Sequence record: PV173775
Source of the DNA: Escherichia phage GEP001
DNA: 64,000 bases
Direction: 5' to 3' (one strand)
Shown here: positions 40,125 through 51,522 of the stretch, piece after piece
Layout: each line of letters starts with the position of its first letter
Numbering within the stretch: the stretch's first letter is position 1
Notes under the pieces: generated by a model
Told to the model about the DNA's origin: nothing
What the model saw: the letters and a program-made list of their open reading frames with translations, nothing else
Databases searched by the model: none
Position numbers and translations under genes: made by a program

Positions 40125-43100
40125 TTATTTTAACAACGATTTAACTAATGCTTTAAGTTCTTCGATTTCTGATTTAAGTTCTGCAATTTCTGCAGTATGC
40201 TCATTGATTGCAGCTGTATTTAAACCAATTATACCGTTATAGTTCAAACGAAGTAAAGCTTCACCATCAGGGTCACCTTCAACCAATTCAGGTAAAATAG
40301 CTTGAACTTCTTGAGCTATCAAACCGGCGTTAGGTTCCCATTTCTGATTGCCTTCTTCATCTAGGCCTCGCTTCTGCATATAAGTGTAACCGTTAATTTT
40401 AGAAAGCTTCTCAGAAGCATTTTCAAATTTAACAAGGTCTTTTTTAACACGAATATCAGAACGGACATAAACATCGCGGACAAATGTGGAATAGGCATCG
40501 CTTTGTTGGATTAAATGACCAAAAGAAATAATAGCTCTTCCTTGTTCAGTCCACAAAGCACCAGTGGTATCCCAAAGACCTTCATGGAGATGGTAAGCGG
40601 ACGACCATGAAGCAATATGCATTCCATTTGCAACCATGTTAATACGACCGTCACCGCCATGAACTAACCCAGTGTCATTATCACCAATAACAACACATGC
40701 GCCTGTCCATGCAGGGTCACCTCCACCAGCTGATATTCTTACTCCAGCTTTAACCATGTCAGGAACGTACATGTTTCCATTATGGTGGAATTCGAAGATA
40801 GCTTGCGGATCGCTAGCATTTTCCTGGTTACCAACACGAATAATAGCCTGAGCCCATTGGTTAGTGATACGGCGCATACCAAAATCTACGCCTGATACGT
40901 ATCCTTCGTTAGTAATGACAGATTTCCCTTTGATAATTGGATAATAGCTATCATTACCTACGTAGCCAAAATCCACAAATATCGGTGCTTCTTGTCGCCA
41001 TTGGTTTGCCCAATCGCCAGCTTGGTGCGCAATCCAGTATGCTCCATTTATATAAAGACGGTCCCTATTAAAATTAAAAGTAGCAGACCCTTGAGGAGAT
41101 AAAGTAATTTCTCCGACATCATTAATGTTAACACCGCTGTTAGTTTGAAAACTATAAAACGATATAGCATTATCAGCGCCGCCATTGCCTACATACCAGT
41201 TATTAACACCACCTTTTTTACCTTTAACATAGCCAGCTTCATCTGCTGGATAATCAATAACAACAGCGTCTGAGTTGGTTTTAAGAGTTAAACGGCCTGT
41301 CATCGTGTCGCCTTCTTTAGCCACACGGGAGGCAATAGCATCATGAAGGTTGGTTATATCACCAGCAGAGCTAAATAATTTCCAAATATCAGAGAAGATA
41401 TTACCATTTCGAGCAATAGTAGCTTCACCACCACCAACCTGTACGTTATCTGGGAAGTTAACAGTACCGTCCTGATTAAAACGAGACGTATGGCCTTGTG
41501 AACCATCTTCTTTCAGATGATGAATAACGAATGTACCTGAATTAATTTCAGTACCTAAAGACCAAACGGATTTACCGTTTAGAAACTTCTGTTTAACAAT
41601 AGGATAATATTTGCTTACAGCATCATCATCGATTTCCTGGAAAATAGGAGCCGCTTGAACATATTGAATGTCATAACCGCCGGCACCCGCTCCATGACCA
41701 GTAAATTTAATATAACCGTTTGCTGCGAACGTATTGTAACTTGATTGTAAATCTGGAATAGTAACTTTACCAGTATCTAAAGCCATACTAAACGGGCGAA
41801 GTGGACCGATATCGCCATGTTTACCTTCGCCATAAGCAGTTGGAATAATATGAAGACTGCCTTCTGAACGTCTAAAAATAGCTCCATAATCTGCGTTCCA
41901 AATGCGAAGCGCATTCACTGCTCCAGATGAAATTTCGCCTGTTGTGTGAACTCCTCTATTTCCAGCAGTAACACCGGATGATTCAAATGAACCATTGACG
42001 TTCATTTCTACTTCACCAGTAGTAAGTCTTTGAATATAACTCATCCAGCTAGTTGCATCAGAAATTTCCATGACATTTTTACGATTACCTACACTAGGAT
42101 TAGTAAACGTATTACCCCATACAGAAATTGTCATATTATCAACTGAACTGCTACCAGTTGTGTTACCTCTAAACAACAGCGTAGAAGCATTATTACGACC
42201 ATCAATATTAACAGAACCACCAATAACGTCAATATTACCTGGAGTAACTAACAAACCGCCATGAGTATTAATGTTTGTGGTACCCTTACCGCGGAAATAA
42301 TGATGATAATTACCACCTTGGTAATATCCTAAAAGAGTCTGACCGTCACCGTATGCGTTATTATCATGGTAAGTAACAACAGTAGCCAAAGCATAGTTTT
42401 CAGTCGGAGGAGTAGTTAAATCTGTTCCATTAGTAGAATATCCAGCTACAAATTTTCTTAGGCTAGTTGTTTCGCTAGGGCTAAATAAAAATGTTTTCGT
42501 TCCATTATTGACGCTGAAATAATATCCATCCTGATGCCATTTAAATCCGGTATCATTATCGCCAAGAGAAATTGAAGCAGTCCCTAATTCAGAGTATCCT
42601 TTATTGCCACCAGGAGTACCAACAGAAATAGAATGGCCTGCTTTCAATCCACCGGACCAGGTAAACGACCAAAGATAAGTGTCTAAGCCATCTCCAGTAT
42701 ACCAAGTTATTCCATCATTATCTTTAACTTCATGGAATACACCAGCGCCTACAGCATTGCGCATAACACGGAGATGATTAATAGCAGTAGTGCTTTCAGA
42801 CAATGGAACGTTGTCTGCCATAGAATAAATGTCATAATCGCTCGTAGATTTATTATTAGTAATAACTCTATTTGTCAAAATCTGAGGAGTTGACATAGAT
42901 TTCCATGCTGATACTTCAGGTGAAGTAAATAGGCCACTGCCTGAAAATGCATAGGTGCTTTCATCACCCGCGGCGTAGTCTTTAACGCGGATATTAACTA
43001 CTTGCGTAGTTAATCCATCATTAGCCGGTGCATAAATGATTCCACGTTCACGATCAGCTGAATCATGAAAACGAACATGTGCTGTACCTGAACTTTTTGT

Positions 43101-43436
43101 AATAAGTTCTCCGCCTTCGGTCATAATCTGCCCGGCGGCAATAATATCGCGAGTTACTCGAGCAATACCAGTTAAATTAAAATTACCTGTCTGAGTGAAG
43201 GTGCCATTTAAAGTATAATCACCAGTTTGATTATAGTTTCCTATATGAATAACATTCCCGTCAATACTACCGCCCTTAGCAAAACCAAGATCAATGATAT
43301 TTCCTTGGTCGTCTTTAGTAAAAAGTACGCGGTCTTTTAAGTTTATAGCCAATTCACCTTCGGCTAATACTGAAGCGGCAGGACGTGCTCCTGCAGTTTT
43401 GCTTCTTTTAAATTGTATTTGTTTTAAAGTAGCCAT
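40125..43436 (-). CDS. 37: gp37 long tail fiber distal subunit
   Basis: 1103 aa; N-terminus [40 protein letters not shown]...; the C-terminal about 100 aa resemble an intramolecular chaperone domain with coiled-coil tail. Confidence 0.85.
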   Translation of the reverse strand: MATLKQIQFKRSKTAGARPAASVLAEGELAINLKDRVLFTKDDQGNIIDLGFAKGGSIDGNVIHIGNYNQTGDYTLNGTFTQTGNFNLTGIARVTRDIIAAGQIMTEGGELITKSSGTAHVRFHDSADRERGIIYAPANDGLTTQVVNIRVKDYAAGDESTYAFSGSGLFTSPEVSAWKSMSTPQILTNRVITNNKSTSDYDIYSMADNVPLSESTTAINHLRVMRNAVGAGVFHEVKDNDGITWYTGDGLDTYLWSFTWSGGLKAGHSISVGTPGGNKGYSELGTASISLGDNDTGFKWHQDGYYFSVNNGTKTFLFSPSETTSLRKFVAGYSTNGTDLTTPPTENYALATVVTYHDNNAYGDGQTLLGYYQGGNYHHYFRGKGTTNINTHGGLLVTPGNIDVIGGSVNIDGRNNASTLLFRGNTTGSSSVDNMTISVWGNTFTNPSVGNRKNVMEISDATSWMSYIQRLTTGEVEMNVNGSFESSGVTAGNRGVHTTGEISSGAVNALRIWNADYGAIFRRSEGSLHIIPTAYGEGKHGDIGPLRPFSMALDTGKVTIPDLQSSYNTFAANGYIKFTGHGAGAGGYDIQYVQAAPIFQEIDDDAVSKYYPIVKQKFLNGKSVWSLGTEINSGTFVIHHLKEDGSQGHTSRFNQDGTVNFPDNVQVGGGEATIARNGNIFSDIWKLFSSAGDITNLHDAIASRVAKEGDTMTGRLTLKTNSDAVVIDYPADEAGYVKGKKGGVNNWYVGNGGADNAISFYSFQTNSGVNINDVGEITLSPQGSATFNFNRDRLYINGAYWIAHQAGDWANQWRQEAPIFVDFGYVGNDSYYPIIKGKSVITNEGYVSGVDFGMRRITNQWAQAIIRVGNQENASDPQAIFEFHHNGNMYVPDMVKAGVRISAGGGDPAWTGACVVIGDNDTGLVHGGDGRINMVANGMHIASWSSAYHLHEGLWDTTGALWTEQGRAIISFGHLIQQSDAYSTFVRDVYVRSDIRVKKDLVKFENASEKLSKINGYTYMQKRGLDEEGNQKWEPNAGLIAQEVQAILPELVEGDPDGEALLRLNYNGIIGLNTAAINEHTAEIAELKSEIEELKALVKSLLK

Positions 43437-43444
43437 AAGTCCTC

Positions 43445-44101
43445 TTAATAATAGCCGAAATCTTGAACAGAATCCTTAATAACAATTTGATCAAATCGTG
43501 GAACATGCGAAGGTTGAGATGCAGGATTCTGTGAAAAAAGGTTTGGCGCAGTTAAATTTCCTGTCATAGTATCTCCAGAGCGTAATACTCTAGAGTTTGC
43601 GTTTGCTGTAACAATATTTATTGCTCCATCAACATAATCTTTCCGTGTAAGGTCATAATTATTTACTGGAGATAATGAAGCTGCGCGTATTTGTGATGCT
43701 TCAATTACACCCTTTGAGCTAATATCTCCATTTCGCGTGTTAATTACTACAGTTCTACCTGCTGTTCCTTGTGATGATTTAAAACCAATACCATACCACG
43801 AAACAATATCCATATTTGTAGTATCATACGTGGCATTATCACCAGGACCAGCAAAAATACCATTGTCACCTGACCCTGCACCAGGAACAGTCATTCCTTT
43901 ATTAAAAATTACTTTATTTAAATACGTACCACCATTAGCTTTAGAAACGAAATCGTTATCAGTAGCTTGTGGTTTATTATATTCTGAATATATTTTAAAT
44001 GATTTATAGAGTACATCGTCACCGGCTGGATTCAATGGAAAATTTCCTTGATGCCAAATGACAGAGCCTCCAGTTGTTGAACCTACTTTTAAATCAGCCA
44101 T
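43445..44101 (-). CDS. 36: gp36 long tail fiber distal connector
   Basis: 218 aa; position between 35 and 37. Confidence 0.8.
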   Translation of the reverse strand: MADLKVGSTTGGSVIWHQGNFPLNPAGDDVLYKSFKIYSEYNKPQATDNDFVSKANGGTYLNKVIFNKGMTVPGAGSGDNGIFAGPGDNATYDTTNMDIVSWYGIGFKSSQGTAGRTVVINTRNGDISSKGVIEASQIRAASLSPVNNYDLTRKDYVDGAINIVTANANSRVLRSGDTMTGNLTAPNLFSQNPASQPSHVPRFDQIVIKDSVQDFGYY

Positions 44102-44124
44102 TGTATGCCCCTTTATTTTAATAG

Positions 44125-44132
44125 TATTTATA
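44125..44132 (-). promoter_or_regulatory. late promoter TATAAATA for gene 36
   Basis: Exact TATAAATA on the minus strand 24 bp upstream of the gene 36 ATG. Confidence 0.6.
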
Positions 44133-44133
44133 A

Positions 44134-44158
44134 AGAAAAAGGGAACCCGAAGGCTCCC
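44134..44158 (-). terminator. terminator hairpin gggagcc-uucg-gguuccc + U tract after gene 35
   Basis: 7-bp stem with one G-U pair and UUCG loop, read on the minus strand. Confidence 0.55.
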
Positions 44159-44163
44159 TCAAT

Positions 44164-45279
44164 TTAAACTTCTCTAAATTCTTGCCCAAACACTTTACCA
44201 GTTTTAGACGATGCTTGCGTAGGAAGTACCATTATATCCGGAGGTGAAGCAGATTCACAGACATAATTAACTCGAATACCATTGACGCCAAATTCAGCAG
44301 GTTTTGAAATTCCGCCATTTCTTGATACTTCAGAAAAACTTAAATTCCTCATGCCACCTTGACCTGCTTGTGCAGTTCTTTGTGCATATATCGTAAATCC
44401 TACTGCATTTTCTGGAATAACTACATAATCTTCCTTTAATTCCCATGACTCAGCTTGTCCAGTAAACTCAGCATGTGTTGAAGAAATATATCCATTCGAT
44501 TCATCATAAAAACGGATAGATATATTTGTAGTTCCAAGCGCAAGTAAATCGGCATCAGCATATAGCTGTGCTTTAAGATAAAGAACATCGCCAGGAATTA
44601 AATTATAATCAGAGAGTTTACTTATCGCAGATGAAGTTGGTAAACGTGCAATTTCGTTATTAGTTCCACCAACCGCTGACATAAATTGCTCAACGCTTTC
44701 GTATGTTCTTTTAGGAAATCCTGTAGCTCCAACGTCTTCTAAACTATCAAATACAACATCTAAAATAGTTTGATAGTCATCTGTGCTTTTTCTATTACTT
44801 AGTTTAACATGTTCTAATGCAATAGCTCTTTTAGAAGAAGTGTAAAAAGCAGCATATGATACGTCAAATCTTGACAATATAGAATCAGATGGAAAAGCAG
44901 ACGTTCCTGTGGCTCTTAGCCAAGATACTACCTCAGGAGGAAAATTAACCTTTCCACTAGTTAATATAGCAACAAGTCTATTATTCGTCAAAGAGTTCAT
45001 GAAACCAACAAAAGCAGCTGATGTAGTATCATCTGAAGTCGAAAAAGCATATGACTTACTATCAACCAATGCTCCTGTAGAAGGATCAAAAACTCTTAAA
45101 TGAAGACCTGCGTTAAATGTTTGGCTTCCGATAAGATTATCCTGAAATTTGACATATGGTCCTGCTGTAGAAAGCGGGCAAGAACCCGCTATGCTTATTT
45201 TATATCTTACTGAATTGCTTTCCGATAAAAATGGCGTTTGGACATATCCTTGTCCAAACTCTGCCATAAATTTTTCCAT
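44164..45279 (-). CDS. 35: gp35 long tail fiber hinge connector
   Basis: 371 aa (T4 gp35 is 372 aa). Confidence 0.8.
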   Translation of the reverse strand: MEKFMAEFGQGYVQTPFLSESNSVRYKISIAGSCPLSTAGPYVKFQDNLIGSQTFNAGLHLRVFDPSTGALVDSKSYAFSTSDDTTSAAFVGFMNSLTNNRLVAILTSGKVNFPPEVVSWLRATGTSAFPSDSILSRFDVSYAAFYTSSKRAIALEHVKLSNRKSTDDYQTILDVVFDSLEDVGATGFPKRTYESVEQFMSAVGGTNNEIARLPTSSAISKLSDYNLIPGDVLYLKAQLYADADLLALGTTNISIRFYDESNGYISSTHAEFTGQAESWELKEDYVVIPENAVGFTIYAQRTAQAGQGGMRNLSFSEVSRNGGISKPAEFGVNGIRVNYVCESASPPDIMVLPTQASSKTGKVFGQEFREV

Positions 45280-45287
45280 AATACCTC

Positions 45288-48200
45288 TTATTCAACCCAT
45301 TCAAATTTAACCGTTTTATTCACTGGGTCAGGAATAATACGAACATTACCAATTCGTAAGAAATCACGAATAGTAAGATTCCCCATTATAGCATTATCAG
45401 ATGGTAAAGCACCAATATCAGATGGCTGAGGAGGGTTACCCCCATCAAATACCTGAACAAAACTTGACCAAGAGTTTTTAGTTTTCTGCCATGTACGCGT
45501 CCAGCGAGTGGTGCGCGCTTCTGGGGTCGTTGGATAAGTAATCCAATCTTGGTAAAGCGAATCGAGTGTGTTACCAAACTGAGTCAACGTACCAGGAGAT
45601 TTAACCTCTTCGCCGCGTTCTAAGTATGGAAGACCAGTCACTTCATTAGTTTTTTCAACCATCTTAAAATAACCCGGGAATTGGTTATAAGTGGCTGAAT
45701 CATTAATATCGATTGACCAGAATCCTACAGTATCAGATGTTGGCGCACGAGTATATAAATCAGAGGTTTTAGTACCCTGAGAACGAATTCTCGAGTTGAC
45801 AGTTAAACCACCTGAAGTTATAGTAGCACCTTTGGCAATGATTAAGCTTTCACCAATTGTAACCTGACCAGATTGATTATTAATAGCTAAAGGACGTAAT
45901 CCATTAAATCCACCAGTCTGATCGCCAGATGCAGTAAGCATAAAATAGGTGTTAGCAGCATCATTGCGAATAAAGAATCCATAATCACCGTTTATTGCTC
46001 TAAAAGCATTCGACGATTTACTGATAAATTCGCCATTAGCAGTAACTGAACTACCGAATGTTGCAACGCCATTCGCATTCAATGTTCCTGAAGCATTCAC
46101 ATTTATCGGTGTTACTGTACCATTAATGCTAAATGCTATATTACCATCTTTATTGCGTTGAGAATAAAAGTGATAAGATGTGTCATCACTAACTTCAAAT
46201 ACAGTAGAACGTGTTGTATCTGACCCGCCACCAAACTGATTTCCCCAAACTGTGATATTCATCGTCTGTGCTGGGTTAGTTCCAGTTTGAGGTCCTTTTT
46301 CAAAAATCAATTGAGTTGCTGTTCCAGTATTAGAAATAGTCAATGTACTATTTGCTGAAACTGATCCACCGAACGTAGCAGTACTAGATGATACAAGAGG
46401 GGCACTCAGATTCGTTTGTTGGGTTAAGGTTAGTGAACCATTAACCGTTTGTGCAATATCCCTACGAATGAACTGAGATGAATCTAGACCATCCAGTAAA
46501 TTACTATCTACAGCTTTTGCTTTTAACGGCAAATAATTTGCTAATACACGGTTTAATTCGTATGGCGATACTGCATAACTATTTTTCTCGTACAATTCTA
46601 ATGACTGTGTTGAACCAACTGTATCATTACCAACGAATGTAATTGAACCAGATGAAGTTTTAACAAAACCTCTTACCAGAGTAGTAGCTGCCCAAGTAGG
46701 TTCACTCTGCACAATCCATTTTAAATTTTTTGGAGATACAGCAGTATTTGCTGACGTTCCAGCTACAGTTTCAGACTGAGTTGCAACTTTAATAACGCCT
46801 TCCTGTGCTTCAGTAGATTTAGTACCTAAAAGCTTTTTAGGAGTTATTAAAACATTATCTAATGTTCCTGCAGCAGCTTCAACTTGTGTAGCCACACGAA
46901 GTGTACCACGCTGTGTCTCATTTGCTTCAAGAATATTAAGGGTATAATGGTCCCAGAGAGTTCCTGATTCAACTAATCCAGATAGAGCAACAACAGAAGT
47001 ACGATCAGTACTGTTAAATCTAGTTTTAATTTTTAATGGTGTAGAGATACGAGTATCGTCGACGCCTGCGTCGAATTCAACTTGCGTAGCAATTTCAGCT
47101 ATACCACTTAAACTTTCAGTTGCTTTACGGTCATTTAAAGTTTTAGGAGTGACTGCGCGAGTATAATCAGTTCCTGTATTAACTTCACTTTGCGTAGCAA
47201 TTTCAATTAAACCAATTCTTCCATCAGTTGATGTCTTTTTATGTAACGTTTCTGGCGTTACAACAGCATTTGCCCATCCTTCTTGGCTTTGTCCAGCAAT
47301 TACTTCACTTTCAACCGCTAAAATTACTGCACCTTGTTGCGTTGGAGTAGCTTTATACTGATCCAGAGCTTTAGGCGAAACAACTAAATTATTAGTGTTT
47401 TTATTATAAACGTTTGTACCATTTAATTCACGACTAGAAGCTGGAGTAGCTCCTGCGGTAGATACAAAGGTTACAATACCAGATAATGATTCAGAACCTT
47501 GACGAGCTTGAAGCTTTTTAGGAGTGATGATTGTAGCATCATCAGTACCTGCATTAGTTTCTTGCTGTGTAGCAATTTCAGCAACACCTCTACGAGTTTC
47601 TGTGGCAGTTCTTTCATTCAGCTTTTTAGGAGTGATGATAATATCATCAGCAAAAGAGAATGTAGTATCCTGGTTCACTTGGGCAGTAGTTGCTATTCTT
47701 GCGATACCTCTACGAGTTTCTGTAGCAGTACGGTTAGCTAATGTTTCTGGTGTAATTGCTAATTCTTTTTGTGGAGAATTTTCTAAATCAGCATTTGCTT
47801 GAGCTTGTGTAGCTAAAGCTATTACGCCTAATCTTGCTCTAGTAGAATCATTTAAAGAATCAACTCTTTCAACAGTTGGAACGTTTTGTTGTACAACCCA
47901 GTATTTTCCGTCAGAATCTTCTATGTAAGCAAGCTGTAAAACTGGAACATAATTAGTTTCACCGTTAAAAACTAATTCTTGAACAGTCACCCATTCAGCT
48001 TCAGGCGGATACTCTGAACGTTTTGGGAATTGCAACAATTGAACTGAAGAAGCAATTTTATCTTCACCGGCAGCTTTGATTTTAACTGTTTGGCCTTTTC
48101 TCATGTAATTCATGGAAATTTTAACAGTATCACCAATGGAAATATCGGTTGGAAGTTGAAGTTCAATTGTTTGGGTTGTTCCGTTATTCGCTCCAAATAC

Positions 48201-49157
48201 CATGACTTCTTCATTTGGACGAATACTAGAATTAGTTGTTATAATACGTAAACGTGCTTTACTATCCCCGTCAAACAATCTCCACAATTTTTCATTATCA
48301 TCATACATCAAGAAACCGTCAATCGATGTACGTCCTTCAATAGAATGAGTTCCATCTTCTTGTATTGAAGTAGTTTCATCGTATGTAGTAACAATTGTAT
48401 GATAAAGTGGATTTAGTTTATCTAAATCGACGAAATTAATAATATCGCCATGATTAGCAAATCTCGGAAGTTTAATATTAATCGGCGCAGCGGAAGTAAA
48501 TCTACGCACGATAAAATCGTTAGATTGCGCCTGATAAAGACTTGCCGGTGTTACAATTGCAGCTTCTCTGCTATAATCAGCAACGTACATTTGCCACAGA
48601 CGATTACTAAAAATTAAAACTATCTGTGATTTTGGATGAGTCATTAGTACTGATCGTACTTGCTGACCTCTAAAATTTACAATGCTTTGCACCGGAGCTG
48701 TAATTAAAACTTGGTTAACTCCAGGTTTTCCTCCAATGTCTTGGAGAACGATAGTATCTCCATCAATTGGGGAAGATGGTAAAGTAAATGTAATGTCATT
48801 ACCAGCTGCAGTATCAACTGAAATTGATTCGCCTGACTTTAATTGATAAGGTCCTGATGAAACAGTTGTCCAATTAGCATCAGTACGTAATGCTCTCCAG
48901 CGTACGCTATTAAAAGCTCCTGCCGGTTTTGGAATATCATTTATAGCAGCCCAAAAGCGGTTATCATAAATGATTACAAAATCTTTTAAATATCCACGAG
49001 TTGGATCGTATTGTTGAACTGTGTTTTCTTGAATTAAGTAATCAACGTTAACACCGTCAGTTCCTACGGTACGATCAGCTAAAGCTACGTTGATTATTTT
49101 ATCGCCACCTGCGTCCAGACCGTCTTCTGCTCTGAACTTTCTTTTAATCTCGGCCAT
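45288..49157 (-). CDS. 34: gp34 long tail fiber proximal subunit
   Basis: 1289 aa, same length as T4 gp34; internal repeated T..G..R.AT..E motifs. Confidence 0.9.
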   Translation of the reverse strand: MAEIKRKFRAEDGLDAGGDKIINVALADRTVGTDGVNVDYLIQENTVQQYDPTRGYLKDFVIIYDNRFWAAINDIPKPAGAFNSVRWRALRTDANWTTVSSGPYQLKSGESISVDTAAGNDITFTLPSSPIDGDTIVLQDIGGKPGVNQVLITAPVQSIVNFRGQQVRSVLMTHPKSQIVLIFSNRLWQMYVADYSREAAIVTPASLYQAQSNDFIVRRFTSAAPINIKLPRFANHGDIINFVDLDKLNPLYHTIVTTYDETTSIQEDGTHSIEGRTSIDGFLMYDDNEKLWRLFDGDSKARLRIITTNSSIRPNEEVMVFGANNGTTQTIELQLPTDISIGDTVKISMNYMRKGQTVKIKAAGEDKIASSVQLLQFPKRSEYPPEAEWVTVQELVFNGETNYVPVLQLAYIEDSDGKYWVVQQNVPTVERVDSLNDSTRARLGVIALATQAQANADLENSPQKELAITPETLANRTATETRRGIARIATTAQVNQDTTFSFADDIIITPKKLNERTATETRRGVAEIATQQETNAGTDDATIITPKKLQARQGSESLSGIVTFVSTAGATPASSRELNGTNVYNKNTNNLVVSPKALDQYKATPTQQGAVILAVESEVIAGQSQEGWANAVVTPETLHKKTSTDGRIGLIEIATQSEVNTGTDYTRAVTPKTLNDRKATESLSGIAEIATQVEFDAGVDDTRISTPLKIKTRFNSTDRTSVVALSGLVESGTLWDHYTLNILEANETQRGTLRVATQVEAAAGTLDNVLITPKKLLGTKSTEAQEGVIKVATQSETVAGTSANTAVSPKNLKWIVQSEPTWAATTLVRGFVKTSSGSITFVGNDTVGSTQSLELYEKNSYAVSPYELNRVLANYLPLKAKAVDSNLLDGLDSSQFIRRDIAQTVNGSLTLTQQTNLSAPLVSSSTATFGGSVSANSTLTISNTGTATQLIFEKGPQTGTNPAQTMNITVWGNQFGGGSDTTRSTVFEVSDDTSYHFYSQRNKDGNIAFSINGTVTPINVNASGTLNANGVATFGSSVTANGEFISKSSNAFRAINGDYGFFIRNDAANTYFMLTASGDQTGGFNGLRPLAINNQSGQVTIGESLIIAKGATITSGGLTVNSRIRSQGTKTSDLYTRAPTSDTVGFWSIDINDSATYNQFPGYFKMVEKTNEVTGLPYLERGEEVKSPGTLTQFGNTLDSLYQDWITYPTTPEARTTRWTRTWQKTKNSWSSFVQVFDGGNPPQPSDIGALPSDNAIMGNLTIRDFLRIGNVRIIPDPVNKTVKFEWVE

Positions 49158-49191
49158 TCTCCCGGGCTCCTATTGTGTTTTCAATAATAAG

Positions 49192-49199
49192 TATTTATA
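49192..49199 (-). promoter_or_regulatory. late promoter TATAAATA for gene 34
   Basis: Exact TATAAATA on the minus strand about 35 bp upstream of the gene 34 ATG. Confidence 0.6.
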
Positions 49200-49261
49200 C
49201 TTGTTTACTTTAAGATTCGGATGGTATATAATAGAAATCTCACTAATTGAACGAGGTTCAT

Positions 49262-50179
49262 ATGGATTTAGAAATGATGCTGGATGAAGATTACAAAGAA
49301 GGAATTTGCTTAATTGACTTTAGTCAGATTGCGCTTTCAACTGCTTTAGTAAACTTCCCAGATAAAGAAAAAATTAATTTATCAATGGTTCGTCATTTGA
49401 TATTGAACTCAATTAAGTTTAATGTCAAAAAAGCAAAAACTCTTGGATACACTAAAATTGTGTTGTGTATCGATAACGCGAAATCTGGATACTGGCGTCG
49501 TGATTTTGCTTATTATTATAAGAAAAACCGTGGAAAAGCACGAGAAGAATCTACTTGGGACTGGGAAGGTTATTTTGAATCCAGTCATAAAGTTATAGAT
49601 GAATTGAAAGCTTATATGCCATACATTGTTATGGATATTGATAAGTATGAAGCAGATGACCATATTGCTGTTCTTGTTAAAAAGTTCTCTTTAGAAGGGC
49701 ACAAGATTTTAATCATTTCATCGGATGGTGACTTTACTCAACTTCACAAGTATCCAAATGTTAAGCAATGGTCACCGATGCACAAGAAATGGGTTAAAAT
49801 TAAAAGCGGTTCTGCTGAAATTGACTGCATGACTAAAATCCTTAAAGGCGACAAAAAGGATAACGTTGCTTCAGTTAAAGTACGATCTGACTTTTGGTTT
49901 ACCAGAGTTGAAGGTGAACGAACTCCTTCAATGAAAACATCTGTTGTTGAAGCTATTGCTAATGACCGTGAGCAAGCTAAGGTGCTTCTCACTGAATCTG
50001 AATATAATCGATATAAAGAAAATTTAGTTCTAATTGATTTTGATTATATTCCTGATAATATTGCTTCAAACATTGTGAATTACTATAATTCATATAAATT
50101 ACCACCGCGTGGCAAAATTTATTCATATTTTGTAAAAGCGGGTCTTTCTAAATTAACTAATAGCATTAATGAATTTTGA
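49262..50179 (+). CDS. rnh: RNase H (5'-3' exonuclease, FEN-1 family)
   Basis: 305 aa from MDLEMMLDEDYKEGICLIDFSQIALSTALVNF...; recognised as T4 RNase H. Confidence 0.9.
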   Translation: MDLEMMLDEDYKEGICLIDFSQIALSTALVNFPDKEKINLSMVRHLILNSIKFNVKKAKTLGYTKIVLCIDNAKSGYWRRDFAYYYKKNRGKAREESTWDWEGYFESSHKVIDELKAYMPYIVMDIDKYEADDHIAVLVKKFSLEGHKILIISSDGDFTQLHKYPNVKQWSPMHKKWVKIKSGSAEIDCMTKILKGDKKDNVASVKVRSDFWFTRVEGERTPSMKTSVVEAIANDREQAKVLLTESEYNRYKENLVLIDFDYIPDNIASNIVNYYNSYKLPPRGKIYSYFVKAGLSKLTNSINEF

Positions 50180-50187
50180 GGTGAATA

Positions 50188-50457
50188 ATGGCTAAAAAAG
50201 AAATGGTTGAATTTGATGAAGCTATCCATGGCGAAGACTTGGCTAAATTTATCAAAGAAGCATCTGATCATAAACTGAAAATTTCTGGTTATAATGAATT
50301 GATTAAAGATATTCGAATTCGCGCCAAAGATGAACTTGGCGTTGATGGTAAGATGTTTAATCGTCTTTTAGCTTTGTATCATAAAGATAACCGTGATGTG
50401 TTTGAAGCTGAAACCGAAGAGGTAGTTGAACTTTATGACACAGTTTTCTCTAAATGA
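50188..50457 (+). CDS. dsbA: DsbA dsDNA-binding late transcription enhancer
   Basis: 89 aa; position between rnh and 33. Confidence 0.75.
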   Translation: MAKKEMVEFDEAIHGEDLAKFIKEASDHKLKISGYNELIKDIRIRAKDELGVDGKMFNRLLALYHKDNRDVFEAETEEVVELYDTVFSK

Positions 50458-50773
50458 TATTCGTCCGGTCGATGAGACCGGTCTTTCAGAAAAAGAACTT
50501 TCAATTAAGAAAGAAAAGGATGAAATAGCAAAGCTTCTTGATCGTCAAGAAAATGGATTTATTATTGAAAAAATGGTAGAAGAGTTTGGAATGAGTTATC
50601 TTGAAGCTACAACAGCATTCTTGGAAGAAAATTCTATTCCTGAAACTCAATTTGCTAAATTTATTCCTTCGGGTATAATTGAAAAAATTCAGTCAGAAGC
50701 TATTGACGAAAATCTTTTACGTCCTTCTGTTGTTCGTTGTGAAAAAACTAATACATTAGATTTTCTACTATGA
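50435..50773 (+). CDS. 33: gp33 late transcription co-activator
   Basis: 112 aa from MTQFSLNDIRPVDETGLSEKELS...; recognised as T4 gp33. Confidence 0.85.
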   Translation: MTQFSLNDIRPVDETGLSEKELSIKKEKDEIAKLLDRQENGFIIEKMVEEFGMSYLEATTAFLEENSIPETQFAKFIPSGIIEKIQSEAIDENLLRPSVVRCEKTNTLDFLL

Positions 50774-51423
50774 TTAAACTCCGCATGCCTGCTGGTGGTG
50801 AAAGATATATTGATGGTAAATCAGTTTATAAATTATACTTAATGATAAAACAACATATGAATGGAAAGTATGATGTAATTAAGTATAATTGGTGCATGCG
50901 GGTGTCTGATGCCGCTTATCAAAAGCGAAGGGATAAGTATTTTTTCCAGAAGTTATCAGAAAAATATAAATTAAAGGAACTTGCTTTAATCTTTATAAGC
51001 AATCTTGTTGCTAACCAAGATGCTTGGATTGGTGACATCTCTGACGCTGATGCACTTGTGTTTTATCGTGAATATATCGGACGCTTAAAGCAAATTAAAT
51101 TTAAGTTTGAAGAAGATATTCGCAACATTTATTATTTTAGTAAAAAAGTTGAAGTTTCTGCTTTTAAAGAAATCTTTGAATATAATCCAAAAGTTCAATC
51201 AAGTTATATTTTTAAACTACTTCAATCGAATATAATTTCGTTTGAGACGTTTATCTTGCTTGATTCGTTTTTAAATATAATTGATAAACATGATGAACAG
51301 ACTGATAATTTAGTCTGGAATAATTATTCTATAAAGTTAAAGGCTTATAGAAAAATTTTAAATATTGATTCGCAGAAAGCTAAAAGTGTTTTCATTGAAA
51401 CTGTGAAATCCTGCAAGTATTAA
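50770..51423 (+). CDS. 59: gp59 helicase loader
   Basis: 217 aa, same as T4 gp59; MIKLRMPAGGERYIDGKSVYKLYLMIKQ... Confidence 0.9.
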   Translation: MIKLRMPAGGERYIDGKSVYKLYLMIKQHMNGKYDVIKYNWCMRVSDAAYQKRRDKYFFQKLSEKYKLKELALIFISNLVANQDAWIGDISDADALVFYREYIGRLKQIKFKFEEDIRNIYYFSKKVEVSAFKEIFEYNPKVQSSYIFKLLQSNIISFETFILLDSFLNIIDKHDEQTDNLVWNNYSIKLKAYRKILNIDSQKAKSVFIETVKSCKY

Positions 51424-51445
51424 TTGCTTATTATAAATAGATTAT
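51424..51445 (+). promoter_or_regulatory. gene 32 promoter cluster: MotA-box-like TTGCTTA plus late TATAAATA (51432-51439)
   Basis: taattgcttattataaatagattataat. Confidence 0.5.
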
Positions 51446-51489
51446 AATTATCTCACTGACCAGCTATGAGGTCATACATCGTCATAGCA

Positions 51490-51522
51490 CCAACTGTTAA
51501 TTAAATTAAAAAGGAAATAAAA
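51490..51522 (+). promoter_or_regulatory. gene 32 AU-rich translational operator and RBS
   Basis: ttaattaaattaaaaaggaaataaaaATG; gp32 is known to autoregulate its own translation. Confidence 0.5.

Noticed and set aside
47499-47802. Two plus-strand ORFs (80 and 92 codons) inside gene 34
   Set aside because: Antisense to the tail fiber gene within its repeat region; Ser/Cys-rich low-complexity translations.
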